Source: Prasinococcaceae sp. CCMP 1430 (Eukaryota > Plantae > Prasinodermophyta). Taken from it: a stretch of DNA of 64,000 nucleotides. The position numbers and the translations under genes were made by a program. Location: positions 24,998 to 88,997 of the forward strand of contig RQSC01000630.1 of NCBI GenBank assembly GCA_013416795.1, in the 5' to 3' direction. Position 1 is the stretch's first letter; each line of letters begins with the position of its first letter. Positions 1 through 10,563 of this stretch are shown one piece after another. Below the pieces are notes generated by a model. It worked only from the letters and a program-made list of their open reading frames with translations. It was not told the origin of the DNA and made no database searches.

Positions 1-139
1 CGGGCTTGATCTGCCCGGAGGCGAGCACGCGAGCGACGGTCGCCTGCGCGCCCGCATCGAGCGGCGTCGGCTGCGCGGCCTGCGCGAGCACCACACCGTC
101 GGAGAGGCGCGCGACCGCCGCCCACCGCGGGGACGACAT
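1..139 (-). CDS. N-terminus of a probable longin-domain protein (Sec22/VAMP7-like); runs off the window start
   Basis: Manual translation from the ATG at 139 gives MSSPRWAAVARLSDGVVLAQAAQP..., resembling the longin start (e.g. Sec22 IARVADGLPLA). Only 46 codons are visible. Confidence 0.5.
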   Translation of the reverse strand, partial: MSSPRWAAVARLSDGVVLAQAAQPTPLDAGAQATVARVLASGQIKP

Positions 140-572
140 ATTCGCGCACGCGCCCTGCCCCACTCACGTCCGCTTGCCACCCACCCAGCCCACACACCCG
201 CCACGAACACACACACGCGCGGGCACACACGCAACGCACGCAAATGCAGCACGCGTGCGCGCGCGGTCTCGCCCGGCCCCCTCGTCCCAGGCTCGCAGGG
301 ACGCCCGCGGACCAGCGCGCCCCGACTCGAATTTGGCGCGCGCTGTGGCGTGGCGCGCCGCGGCGTGCGCTCGGGCGTGCGTGCGGTGCGTCCGCGCGCG
401 CACGCGCGCGCGCCCACGCGCGCACACTCCCCCTGCCCGCACGCAAGCAACGCACGCACACACGCCCCTCTCCACCGGAACACACACACACACACACACA
501 CTGAACACACTACGGGTGCGTGCGTGCGCGCGCGCCGCGCGTGCGCACGCCCCCCGCCGCGCCAGCCTGCGC

Positions 573-1071
573 NNNNNNNNNNNNNNNNNNNNNNNNNNNN
601 NNNNNNNNNNNNNNNNNNNNNNNNNNNNNNNNNNNNNNNNNNNNNNNNNNNNNNNNNNNNNNNNNNNNNNNNNNNNNNNNNNNNNNNNNNNNNNNNNNNN
701 NNNNNNNNNNNNNNNNNNNNNNNNNNNNNNNNNNNNNNNNNNNNNNNNNNNNNNNNNNNNNNNNNNNNNNNNNNNNNNNNNNNNNNNNNNNNNNNNNNNN
801 NNNNNNNNNNNNNNNNNNNNNNNNNNNNNNNNNNNNNNNNNNNNNNNNNNNNNNNNNNNNNNNNNNNNNNNNNNNNNNNNNNNNNNNNNNNNNNNNNNNN
901 NNNNNNNNNNNNNNNNNNNNNNNNNNNNNNNNNNNNNNNNNNNNNNNNNNNNNNNNNNNNNNNNNNNNNNNNNNNNNNNNNNNNNNNNNNNNNNNNNNNN
1001 NNNNNNNNNNNNNNNNNNNNNNNNNNNNNNNNNNNNNNNNNNNNNNNNNNNNNNNNNNNNNNNNNNNNNNN
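573..1071. other. Assembly gap (N run)
   Basis: Continuous Ns. Confidence 1.
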
Positions 1072-1072
1072 N

Positions 1073-1103
<31 letters not shown>

Positions 1104-1120
1104 GTGTTGTGTGTGTGTGT
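1072..1120 (+). repeat. (TG)n microsatellite
   Basis: Direct reading next to the gap. Confidence 0.9.
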
Positions 1121-1122
1121 AA

Positions 1123-1938
1123 TCACTCGTCCCCGCCCGCCTCGAGGCGCAACACCTCGTCGAGGACGTCGCGGAAGGTGGCGTAGTCGTGGCCGCGCGC
1201 GGCCATCCACGAGTACAGCCGCCGCCGACGGCGCTCCTCCTCCTCGGGTCGCGCGCTGTGCGCGCGCGTCGACGCCCATGTGTGTGTGTGTGTGTGCGTG
1301 TGTGTGCGCACACACGCGCGAGGATGTGTGTGCGTGAGCGTGGGTACGTTCGGGCGCACGCGCGCGCGCACACACACGCACACACGCGCGCACACACACG
1401 CGCACGAGCGCGCACGCACCGCTCTTCGGCCGTCCGCCTGCGCGCGCACACGCCTGCGTTCCACCGCCGCCGCGCGGCGGCCACCAGCTCCGCGCGCATG
1501 CGCGCGCGCGCCCCTTCGCCGTCGCCGGGCGCCGGCGCGCCGAGCGGAGAGGCGCCGTCGCCGTCGGCGACTGCGCCCAAGCGTGGATGGATAGGTGGTA
1601 AGGCGCGCATGCGCGTGAGCATGAGCACGTGCACACGCACACACACGCATTACACACACGCGCGCGCACGCACACACACACACGCATCACACACCCGCAC
1701 ACGCACGCACAAGACACCCACGCACACGCATTACACACGCGCGCGCACACACACACACGAGCACACACACACACACGCATGCACACACGCACCGTCTGCG
1801 TCTTCGTCTGCGTCGGCGTCGGCGTCGAAGGCCGTCCTGCCGCCGTCTGGGCCGTACACGCCCTCGATGGCCGCCTCGGCCAGCGCGGGGTCGCACCCCT
1901 TCCGCGCGAGCTCGCGGCGCACCCGCGAGGGCGCCCAC
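1123..1938 (-). CDS. recX: RecX-family protein (plant/organellar type), last three exons; 5' part not visible
   Basis: Exons ~1938-1793, ~1580-1420 and 1255-1123 splice in frame at GT-AG sites. WAPSRVRRELARKGCD resembles WGPRRIKQAL..KGI, and RRRRLYSWMAARGHDY resembles the RecX C-terminal RGF repeat. Confidence 0.75.
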
Positions 1939-2119
1939 CTGGAGGAGCGGCGCCACGCACGCGCGAGCGCGCGTGTGTGCACGCGTGCATGTGCGTGTGC
2001 GTGCATGTGAGTGTGTCAGCGCATACCACACCCTCGGTACGGACGCGCTCGTGCCGCACCAACCACCGCGTCCACGCATACATAGACACACACGCGCGCG
2101 CACATACACACATCGCTCA

Positions 2120-2124
<5 letters not shown>

Positions 2125-2166
<42 letters not shown>
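2125..2166 (+). repeat. (CA)n microsatellite within a CA/TG-rich tract
   Basis: Direct reading. Confidence 0.9.
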
Positions 2167-2168
<2 letters not shown>

Positions 2169-2193
2169 GCCCCCCGGCGCACGTGCACCGCAG

Positions 2194-3591
2194 GCACGTA
2201 TCCGCTCTTCATCAAAACCAAGGCCGTCCTGCGTGCGGCGCCCGCCCCGACCACCTTCCAGCTGTACAAGTCGACGTGCGTCTTCATAGCGGGATGCATC
2301 TTCACCATCGTGCGCCTCGCGCGAGGCGTCACGCCGGCGTACTCGTTCACGCGCTGGGCGGTCGTCTCTGCGTGCTGCTGGGTGCCCAGCGGGCTGTGCA
2401 CCATCTTCTCCGTCCCGCTCGTCGGTACGAACGCGCGCGCCGCGGGCGCCCGCGCTCGCGCGAGGTCGCTCCGCGCCCGTCTGCCCAACCGCGAGAGGGC
2501 GCTGTGTGTCCCCGCGCGGCTGCGCGCGGGTATGCGCGCGCGCGCCCGTGCTCACTGCAAATCCCCCCGCCCACACCCCCGCAGGCATGTCGCTGTTCAA
2601 CGCGCTGTCCTCAGGCACCACTGCTGTGCTGTCCTTCCTCGCGTTCTGGCTCGTCTTCGGCGAGCGCATGCGCGTGCACTCCTGTGGCGAGGGGTGCGAA
2701 TTCTACCTGGCGCCGGCGTACCTGGCGATGACTGTGCTCGGCATGTTCGGGATGGTGTTCGCCGATGGCATCGCGGCGAGACTGTTCGGGCGCGAGGGGA
2801 TGCGCGCTGGCACGTGGTCGGGGCCGGACTGGGAGGGAGCACAGCCGCTCCTCGAGGCGGCGGCGGAGTGCGACAGCGACGCCGACGGCTCCGCGCAGCC
2901 GGGGAGCACCGAGTCTGGGGGCACCGAGGCCCGCGTCACCACGACGCAATGGGTGACTGGCGTGATGGTGTCCATCCTGGGCGGCGTGTTCGCCTCTCTT
3001 CAGTACGCCGTCGTCACACTCGGCAAGCGCTGGAACGAGGAGGCCGCCGGCTGCTACGGGGCCGGCGCGCCCGCGTGCCCCCCGCGCGTCTCCGAGCGCT
3101 TCGACGACACTGGGTCTTGGATGATGTCCTTCGGCGCCGGCGCGCTGGGCACGGCGGGCGTGCTGTACGCGCTGACACCGCTCCTGCAAGCGCTCGCGCG
3201 ACGCTCCGCGGCCGACAAGCGAGCGCGCGGCGCCGAGGCCGATCAGGAACGGGGCGCGGAGACGGCGTGCGTGAGTGGCGGCAGGGGAGGAGGTTTGTGG
3301 TTCCCAAATGGATACCGGCTGCCAGACCTGCACTGGAGCGTCCTTCGTACGGCGGGCGTCGCCGCGGGCACGTTCTGGGTAGGCGGCAATTACCTCAACA
3401 CCATGGCGGTGAGCAGAGGGGGGCAATCCACGGTGATGGCGCTGTACGTCAGCATGCAGCTGGTGACGTCGGGCCTCTGGGGAATCCTTTACTACAGAGA
3501 AGGCGGGAGCTTCAGCTCCAAGGCAGTCTGGTCCGCGTCGGCGGTCTTCACTCTTGCGGCGGTCGTATTGCTGGGCCTTGAGAAGGCCTAG
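2194..3591 (+). CDS. Multi-TM DMT-superfamily transporter (TMEM144/sugar-transporter-like); intron 2425-2584; first exon not visible
   Basis: GTYPLFIK...PTTFQLYK exon followed by GMSLFNALSSG...LVTSGLWGILYYREG. Many hydrophobic helices and a GTACGA...CGCAG intron that keeps the frame. Confidence 0.7.
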
Positions 3592-3840
3592 CTCTCCGTC
3601 CATCCCTCCTCAGCAGAGCACACCGCAAACGCACACAATTGAGTTCGTGAATGTCTCATCACCTCGCCGGCAGGGATGCACGCGCTCGACGGCGAAGCGC
3701 GACGGCTGCCCAACCTGCACCACACTCTCCCGTTCCTGTGCGTGTTCAATGTCGTGATGTGTAAAGAAGTCCCAACGAGGCGTCCGTGATTGAGCACTGA
3801 CGCAAGTCGCGTCGCAATCGCTCGATCCACGAGCTGGCGC

Positions 3841-6120
3841 TCAGCCAGTGACAGTCTCGTCCCTCGGCATCGCGAGTTGCTCCTCGAGGTCGCGCACGCG
3901 CTCCATGAGCGCTACCTCCCTCGCCCCAAGCTTGCCGGCGAGTGCAGAAAGCTCATTCTCCTTGTCCTCCAGTGCCTGCGCGGCACTCTCGGCGGCCGTA
4001 GCATCGGCATCGGCGCTGCGGCGCAACGTAGCGAGCTGCTTGGTCAGGTTGCGCACCTGCTCCTCGAGCTCGTCCACGCGAGCACGCCAGCGCTCCAAAG
4101 CCAATTTCGTTCCTGGCTTTTCGTACGCAGCGACTTGCGGAACGTTCGCCGCAACTGACCCGCCCGCGGTCGACTCCCTCTGAGCGAGCTGCGCTTCGGC
4201 GGCGGCCAGCCTCTCGCGCGTCACCTCCAGCTCGGTGCGCGCAAGCGCGAGCTCCGCCACCGCCTCGGCGCTCGCACGCACACCTTCGTCGGCATCGGGT
4301 ACGGCTGCGAGCTGCTCCTCCAGCTCGCGCACTTGGCTCGTGAGCGAGTCGGCGCGCGCTGCTGTGGCGCCCAGCTCGCTGCGCGCCGCTTCCAGAGCGT
4401 CTTCCATCTCCGCTAGGCGAGCAGTGACGGCTGATGTGTCTGCCGACTCCTCGACGGCCGCATCAGCGGCCGGGGCCGCGCTCACATCGCTGGCCTCGGC
4501 AGCAGCGACCGGAGCAACGCCCGACACGTTGGCCTCCGCCAGCATCCCCTCGAGCTCGGCCACCCTGTCCTTCCACACCTGGAGTTCGGCCGAGTTGGCA
4601 GTGAACACGCCCGGGGTGGCATCGGCCAATTTGGCCTCAAGGTCGGCGCAGCGCTGCTTCCAGTTCTCGAGCACCACCGAGTTGGCTGGGAAAGAGCCTG
4701 CGGTGTATGCTTCGAGTTGCTCCTCGAGGTCAGCACAGCGCTCCTTCCAGTCGGCGAGCACCGCGCTGTTGGCGTTGAAGCTACCGTCGGCGGGCGCGAG
4801 CTGCGCCTCGAGGTCCGACACGCGCGCACGCCACACATCTAGCACAGAGCTGTTCGCCGAGAACTTGCCGGTCAGCGCCGCGTCCAACTCGGACTCCAGG
4901 TAGGCCACGCGCTCCTGATAGGTCTGCAGCACGGTCGCATTCGGACCCGGGAGGTACGCGCTCCCGTCGGCCCCCTCGGCATCCTCGCCCGCTGGCGCCG
5001 GCACCTCTGCCGCAGCGTTCTCCAGCGCGGCCACTGCCGCACGCAGCTCAGCGACATCGGCCGTCTTGTCGAGCAGGGCGCCCTCCATCTGCTCCGCAGC
5101 GCCCTGTGCCTCGTACAGGGCAGCCTCAAGCGCCCGAGTCTGCTCCAGCAACTCTGCCTCCCGCGCCGCGCCCGGCGCGTCGGCTGTGTCTGCGGCACCG
5201 TCATCGGCGTCCTCGCGGACTTGCGCGAGCTCTGCGGTCAGCTCAGCCGCACGCGCCTGCGCCTCCAACAAGGCCTCACTCGCTTCCTCATTGGCGCCGC
5301 CCTCCTTCGCGAGCATCTCCTCGAGCTCCCTCACGCGCGCTGCAAGCTCTTCCGAGCGCGAGTCGTCTCCCGGGGCGGCCGCGGGAGCGTTCGCCGCCTC
5401 GAGCCGCGCGTTGGTGTCCGCGAGCTGCGCGGCAAGCTCCGCCGCGCGCGCTTGCGCCTCGAGCAGCGGCTGGCCGGCCTCGTCCTCGAGCTCGCCGGCC
5501 GTCGGGGCGAGCGCGAGCTCCGACTCGAGCTCGCGCACACGCGCGACGAGCTCCGCGTTGCGCGCGGCGCTTCCCGCTGCCTCGCCAGCGCCCGCGGCTA
5601 GCTCGGCGGCCGCATCAGTGGCGGCCTGCTCGAAGCGCGCGGCGCGATCGGCCTCGGCGGCGGCGAGGGCCTCGAGCTCGGATATCTGCTGGCGAAGCGC
5701 GTCCAGCTCCCCGGCGTCCGCGGCGGGCTCCTGCGCCGGCGGGGTCTGCGCCTGCGCCGGTGGCGGCGGCGGAGGCGGAGGCGGAGCCTGCGCCGGCGGC
5801 GGCGGGTACGCGTACTGCGGGGGGACAGCCACGGGCGGGTAGCCGTACGGCGGTGGCGCGTAGTACTGCGCGGGCGGCGGCGGCGGCGGCGGCGCGTACT
5901 GCTGTTGCTGCGCGGCCTGCACCTGCGCGAGCGTCGCCACGTCCGCCCTGATCTTGCGGAGCGCCTCAGCGAGGTCCTGCCGACGCGAGGGCGCGAACAA
6001 GCGGCGCGACACGCGCGTCAGCGGCAGTAGACACACGCGGTCGCCCTCGGCGATCGCAACCCCCACCCTGCGCCTCGCCCATAGCGCCGCGCCGCGCCGC
6101 ACCTGGTCGCCGCCCAACAT
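3841..6120 (-). CDS. Large acidic Ala/Glu coiled-coil protein with a Pro/Tyr-rich N-region and internal tandem repeats; main exon 5976-3841, candidate 18-nt first exon 6120-6103
   Basis: Long ORF with coding-like composition. CTGAC branch and CAG acceptor at 5977, with a phase-compatible CAG|GTGCGG donor at 6102. The family is not recognised. Confidence 0.7.
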   Translation of the reverse strand: MLGGDQVRRGAALWARRRVGVAIAEGDRVCLLPLTRVSRRLFAPSRRQDLAEALRKIRADVATLAQVQAAQQQQYAPPPPPPPAQYYAPPPYGYPPVAVPPQYAYPPPPAQAPPPPPPPPPAQAQTPPAQEPAADAGELDALRQQISELEALAAAEADRAARFEQAATDAAAELAAGAGEAAGSAARNAELVARVRELESELALAPTAGELEDEAGQPLLEAQARAAELAAQLADTNARLEAANAPAAAPGDDSRSEELAARVRELEEMLAKEGGANEEASEALLEAQARAAELTAELAQVREDADDGAADTADAPGAAREAELLEQTRALEAALYEAQGAAEQMEGALLDKTADVAELRAAVAALENAAAEVPAPAGEDAEGADGSAYLPGPNATVLQTYQERVAYLESELDAALTGKFSANSSVLDVWRARVSDLEAQLAPADGSFNANSAVLADWKERCADLEEQLEAYTAGSFPANSVVLENWKQRCADLEAKLADATPGVFTANSAELQVWKDRVAELEGMLAEANVSGVAPVAAAEASDVSAAPAADAAVEESADTSAVTARLAEMEDALEAARSELGATAARADSLTSQVRELEEQLAAVPDADEGVRASAEAVAELALARTELEVTRERLAAAEAQLAQRESTAGGSVAANVPQVAAYEKPGTKLALERWRARVDELEEQVRNLTKQLATLRRSADADATAAESAAQALEDKENELSALAGKLGAREVALMERVRDLEEQLAMPRDETVTG

Positions 6121-9100
6121 GAAGCAGCTCGCGAGCGTGCAGACCACGGTGCTCGGCGGCCGTGCGGTGCGCTTCCGATGGGATCCCAAGGGACGCCTGC
6201 TGGCGGTGGGCGGCGTGGAGCGCACGGTGTGCGTGTATGACCGGACGGGCGCGCAGATCGATCAGATCGTGCTGCCGCCCGTCGATGACATTGCGCCCAA
6301 GCCAGAGAAGGGCAAGGCGGTCGATCCGCGCCAGGTCGCTGCGCTCGAGTGGGACGCGAGCGGTGAGAAGCTGGCCATCATGGCGACGGGCACGGCGCAG
6401 GTGACGCTGTGGAGCGCCACGTCGCGCCAGAAACAATTCATCGAGATGGCTCCCTCCGCCGCGCACACACTCACGTGGATGGGGTGGTCGCGCCTCACGA
6501 CTGGCCCCGGCGCGGCAACGCTCGCCGTCGGCACCGCCAAGGGCGCGCTGATGCTCTACGACGACAAGCATGCGCGCAAGGTGCCCGTGATGGGCAAACA
6601 CAGCAAGGCCATCACCTGCGGCGCCTGGTCTATCAACGGCACGCTCGTACTCGGCTCTGAGGACAAGACTGTCACCGTCTCGCTGTCTAACGGCGACACG
6701 CTGAAGACGCTGCCGATGGCGCACAGGCCCTGGAGCTTCCAATTCGGCACGCGGCCAACGGGCGCAGATGGCGGAGCAGTCACGCGGCTAGGCACGCGCG
6801 GACCGAACGTGTTGAGCATCATCATCGGCGGCCTGAGCCTGCTGACATACTCCATCGACGGGCAGGGGATGCCGAATGACTCGCCCGTGGAGCTGGTCTT
6901 CAAGGCCTCATACGGCACGCTCATGTCCCACCAGTGGGTGGGCACCAGCGGCTTGCTTGTCCTTGGCTTCCAGAACGGCTACGTCAACGTTGTCGACGGC
7001 CGTGAGGGCCACTCGCAAAACGCGCTCTTCACTGAGCGACTACACACCGACTACATGGTCATGTGTGCCTACTCCGAGTCCCTGCAGAGGCTCGCGACGC
7101 TTGGCAAGCACTCGCTACGGGTGGTGGACATGGCAGGTGCCGGGGCCAGCGCCCAGTTCCGGGAGCTCAAGGACGACGCCATTGACTACTCGCAGAACTT
7201 CTACATGACGGAGATCGCGTGGACGGCTGACGGACAGATGCTCACTACCGCCAACGAGACCGGCGTGGTCACCCTTCTGTTGGCGTCGCTCCCCGTGGTC
7301 AACGCTGCCTTCGGCTCGCGCGCGGCATACCTTACGTCGCTGCTGGAGATGTCCATCGCAGACGTGGTCACGGGCTGGAGGGTGTACGTCAAGCTTGAGG
7401 CGGAGCCCAGCCTCGTAGCCATGGGGGAGAGCCACGCGGCTGCGGGGCTCAACAACCAGGTGTGGTTCTACGCCGTTGAGGAGGACCAGAGCCAGCCACT
7501 CGATGCCGCGGGGGTGGCGAACACCACCAAGGTCATTCGCCATGTGACGAAGCGCGACTACCTCGGTGCCGTCAAGGCTGTTTGCATGAATGCGCAATGG
7601 GCAGCAGTGCTCGCGCAGGGGCGGGTTTTGCTGCACGCGATCGAGCTCAGCGCCGACCCGGAGGACGCCATGGCGATCACGCTGCCGGAGGGGGACCGTG
7701 GCGAGGTCACCTGCGTGGCGATGACACCTGCTTTCCTTGTGTACGCAACAGACTCGGGCCTAGTGTGCTACTATGACGTGGGCGCGCGCGCGGCCGTCAA
7801 CGAGTACCGCCACGCTCGCGGCACCGTGCGCGCCCTGTATCCAAACCACTCGGGCACTCGCGTTGTGATGGTCGACGACTCGAACGACCTCTGGCTGTAC
7901 AACCCGGTGAATGACCAGGTGCTCGAGGTGCCTCAGTTCGAGGGGGAGTTCGAGCGCATCATCTGGGACCTCGCCCAGCCGCACGTGTTCGTTGTGGCCA
8001 CGCGTCGCGAGCTGCACTGCATGCTATACTCGCCCGTTACCATCTCGGGGCCATCGGTGACATTGTTAGGGACGGACTCGCTGCTCACCGGGCACTCACC
8101 CGTGACGCTCAACAACGGGGTGGTGGCCGTGCAGGGTGCCGGCGGTGAACTCAGCCGAGTGCGCTTACACTCGCATCGCCATGTGCAGCCCCTCGAGGCG
8201 GGCGCGCCGCTCGACGCGGCCTCGCTAAGTCTGCGATGCGAGCAGCTGCTCGCACTACGCAGGCTCGCCGAGGCGTGGGAATGTGCAGTGCAGCTTCGCG
8301 AGCCCGCCGTGTGGGAGGAGCTGGTACGTGTCGCGCTCAATCAACTGGAGGTTGGGCTCGCCATCCGCGTGTACCGCGCCGTCGGTGAGGCCGGCATGGT
8401 CCAGGCGCTCGAAGCTGTGGCGGGCATCGATGACCGGGTACTGCTGGCGGGTCACGTCACATTGCTGCTCAGTGGCGACACCGAAGCTGCGCAGGATCTG
8501 TTCCTGCGATCGAGCAGGCCTGCGGCGGCGCTCGAGATGAGGAAGGATCTCAAGCAGTGGGAGGCAGCCCTCGCGCTCGCGCAGCAGTTGGACGCGCAGC
8601 ACGGTACTGGTGCGCAGCTGCCGGAGATCTGCCGCGAGAATGCCGCCCTGCTTGAGGCGCGCGGCGAGTATGAGCGCTCGCTTGCATTCTACGAGCGCGC
8701 GCTCGGGTACTCGGATGGCGACGACCCCACGCGCGATGCCGCGCGCAACGCCGCGTGCGTGGCTGGCATGGCACGCGTGTGCGTGCGGCTGGGCGATGCG
8801 CGCCGCGGGAGGCAGCTCGCGCTCGACGCCAACTCAGAGACCCTTTGCAGAGAATGCGCGGCCATTTTTGAGGAGATGGGGCTCCTTACTGAGGCCGCGG
8901 AGATGTACCAGCACGGAGGACAGCACGAGCGCGCTGCTAGCATATATATCGCAACCAAGGCGTTCTCGCTGGCCAAGCCGCTGATGAGCCGCATCAAGTC
9001 GCCCAAGCTGCAGCTGCAGTACGCGCGCGCAAAGGAGGCCGAGGGGCGCTTTGATGACGCTGCCGACGCCTACGAGGCCGCCGGAGCCAATGACTACCTC

Positions 9101-10366
9101 GTGCGCGTGTGCCTGGATCGGCTGGGCGATGAGAAACGCGCGTTCGCGATCGTGCGTCGCGCCCGTAGCCAGGAGAGCGCAAACATCGCTGCGCGCTATT
9201 GTGCCGCCCGCAATGATCACACGCGCACGATCGAATTTCTTGCAATGGCGGGTCGCTTGGAGGAGGCCTTTGCATGCGCAACGGAGCACCGCTTGATCGA
9301 CGCCTATGCTGCCACGCTTGGTGATAGCGCGCCGGCAGAGGAGTACCAACGGTTGGCGAGATGGTACGAGGGCCAAGGCGAGCACGAGAAGGCTGGCCGC
9401 CTGTACGAGCGCTGCGAGGAGTGGGCGCCCGCTCTCAAACTCTACTTGCGGTGTGGTGGCGCGCTGCTAGACGATGCCATCGAGCTCGTGGGTAAAGCCG
9501 GCAACGATGCGCTGACCAACCAGCTGGTGGACCACCTGATGGGCGAGTCGGACGGCGTGCCGAAGGACCACAACTACCTCTTCCGACTGCACATGGCGCT
9601 GGGCAACTACGACCAAGCGGCGCGCGCTGCGGTGCTCGTCGCGCAGCAGGAGCAGGAGCTCGGGCAATACAAAGTTGCGCACGCTCAACTCCTTTCAACG
9701 ACGCGCGAGCTTCGACGGCAATCGCGCCGTGCGCCTAACGAGCTCAGCCGTCAGCTGATGCTGCTCCACAGCTACGTGCTCGTGAGATCGCAGGTTCGCA
9801 TGGGGAACCATGAGCAGGCAGCGCGGCTACTCGTGCGCGTGGCTCGCAATATCTCGCGTTTTCCCGCCCACGTGGTGCCCATCCTTACGAGCACAGTCAT
9901 TGAGTGTGTGAAGGCGGGATTCAAGGCGCTCGCGCTCGAGTATGCCACGGTGCTCGTGCGACCCGAGTACCGTTCGCAGATTGCGCCCGCCTACAAAAAG
10001 AAAATCGAGGGAATGGTGCGGCGGCCTGACAAAGAGGCGCAGCTTCCTCCGCCCCCCGAGCCAACCAAACCGTGCCCCTTTTGCGGGGCCGAGGTTCCCG
10101 AAATGGACCTGGAGTGCTCGTCGTGCAAGAACATCCTTCCGTATTGTGTCGCCTCTGGCAAGCATATGGTCTTGGACTCGTGGACACAGTGTCCAGCGTG
10201 CAAATTCCCGGCACTCTACTATGAATTCATGACAGTGCTGCAAAATGACAAGGCGTGCCCGATGTGCAGCGAGACGGACATTCCGCTCGCGTCGATCAAG
10301 GTGCTCGACGACCCGCTGGGGGTCCTCCGCGCCGACAGACCGCCGTCTTCGGTTGAGGGTCGGTAG
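6119..10366 (+). CDS. IFT144: Intraflagellar transport protein IFT144/WDR19 (IFT-A core), intronless
   Basis: N-terminal WD40 region (FRWDPKGRLLAVGG...VYDRTG), TPR-like solenoid, and C-terminal CPFC...CSSC..LPYCVASGKHM...CPAC...CPMC zinc-binding tail typical of WDR19. Confidence 0.93.
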   Translation: MKQLASVQTTVLGGRAVRFRWDPKGRLLAVGGVERTVCVYDRTGAQIDQIVLPPVDDIAPKPEKGKAVDPRQVAALEWDASGEKLAIMATGTAQVTLWSATSRQKQFIEMAPSAAHTLTWMGWSRLTTGPGAATLAVGTAKGALMLYDDKHARKVPVMGKHSKAITCGAWSINGTLVLGSEDKTVTVSLSNGDTLKTLPMAHRPWSFQFGTRPTGADGGAVTRLGTRGPNVLSIIIGGLSLLTYSIDGQGMPNDSPVELVFKASYGTLMSHQWVGTSGLLVLGFQNGYVNVVDGREGHSQNALFTERLHTDYMVMCAYSESLQRLATLGKHSLRVVDMAGAGASAQFRELKDDAIDYSQNFYMTEIAWTADGQMLTTANETGVVTLLLASLPVVNAAFGSRAAYLTSLLEMSIADVVTGWRVYVKLEAEPSLVAMGESHAAAGLNNQVWFYAVEEDQSQPLDAAGVANTTKVIRHVTKRDYLGAVKAVCMNAQWAAVLAQGRVLLHAIELSADPEDAMAITLPEGDRGEVTCVAMTPAFLVYATDSGLVCYYDVGARAAVNEYRHARGTVRALYPNHSGTRVVMVDDSNDLWLYNPVNDQVLEVPQFEGEFERIIWDLAQPHVFVVATRRELHCMLYSPVTISGPSVTLLGTDSLLTGHSPVTLNNGVVAVQGAGGELSRVRLHSHRHVQPLEAGAPLDAASLSLRCEQLLALRRLAEAWECAVQLREPAVWEELVRVALNQLEVGLAIRVYRAVGEAGMVQALEAVAGIDDRVLLAGHVTLLLSGDTEAAQDLFLRSSRPAAALEMRKDLKQWEAALALAQQLDAQHGTGAQLPEICRENAALLEARGEYERSLAFYERALGYSDGDDPTRDAARNAACVAGMARVCVRLGDARRGRQLALDANSETLCRECAAIFEEMGLLTEAAEMYQHGGQHERAASIYIATKAFSLAKPLMSRIKSPKLQLQYARAKEAEGRFDDAADAYEAAGANDYLVRVCLDRLGDEKRAFAIVRRARSQESANIAARYCAARNDHTRTIEFLAMAGRLEEAFACATEHRLIDAYAATLGDSAPAEEYQRLARWYEGQGEHEKAGRLYERCEEWAPALKLYLRCGGALLDDAIELVGKAGNDALTNQLVDHLMGESDGVPKDHNYLFRLHMALGNYDQAARAAVLVAQQEQELGQYKVAHAQLLSTTRELRRQSRRAPNELSRQLMLLHSYVLVRSQVRMGNHEQAARLLVRVARNISRFPAHVVPILTSTVIECVKAGFKALALEYATVLVRPEYRSQIAPAYKKKIEGMVRRPDKEAQLPPPPEPTKPCPFCGAEVPEMDLECSSCKNILPYCVASGKHMVLDSWTQCPACKFPALYYEFMTVLQNDKACPMCSETDIPLASIKVLDDPLGVLRADRPPSSVEGR

Positions 10367-10563
10367 GGCGCGCGGGCACAGACGTGCGAGCGGCGCGACG
10401 CGTCACTCACTCCCACAAATATGACTCAGCATAATCTATGTGATGCACGCACGTGGGACGCGCTCGAGCTCAAGCGGGCACGGACGCCCTGCCGCCAAAC
10501 GCGCACGCTCCGCAAGTGTGGGTACACTTCTGTGGACATGCTCCTTCTCACGACGACTAGCAC

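Noticed and set aside
6-2113. Long ORFs rich in CV/HT/AR, some spanning Ns
   Set aside because: These are translations of (CA)/(TG)/(GC) repeats and gap Ns, not proteins.
3592-3840. Short ORFs between convergent genes, checked as the missing RecX 5' exons
   Set aside because: No RecX-like motif in any frame; consistent with 3' UTRs.
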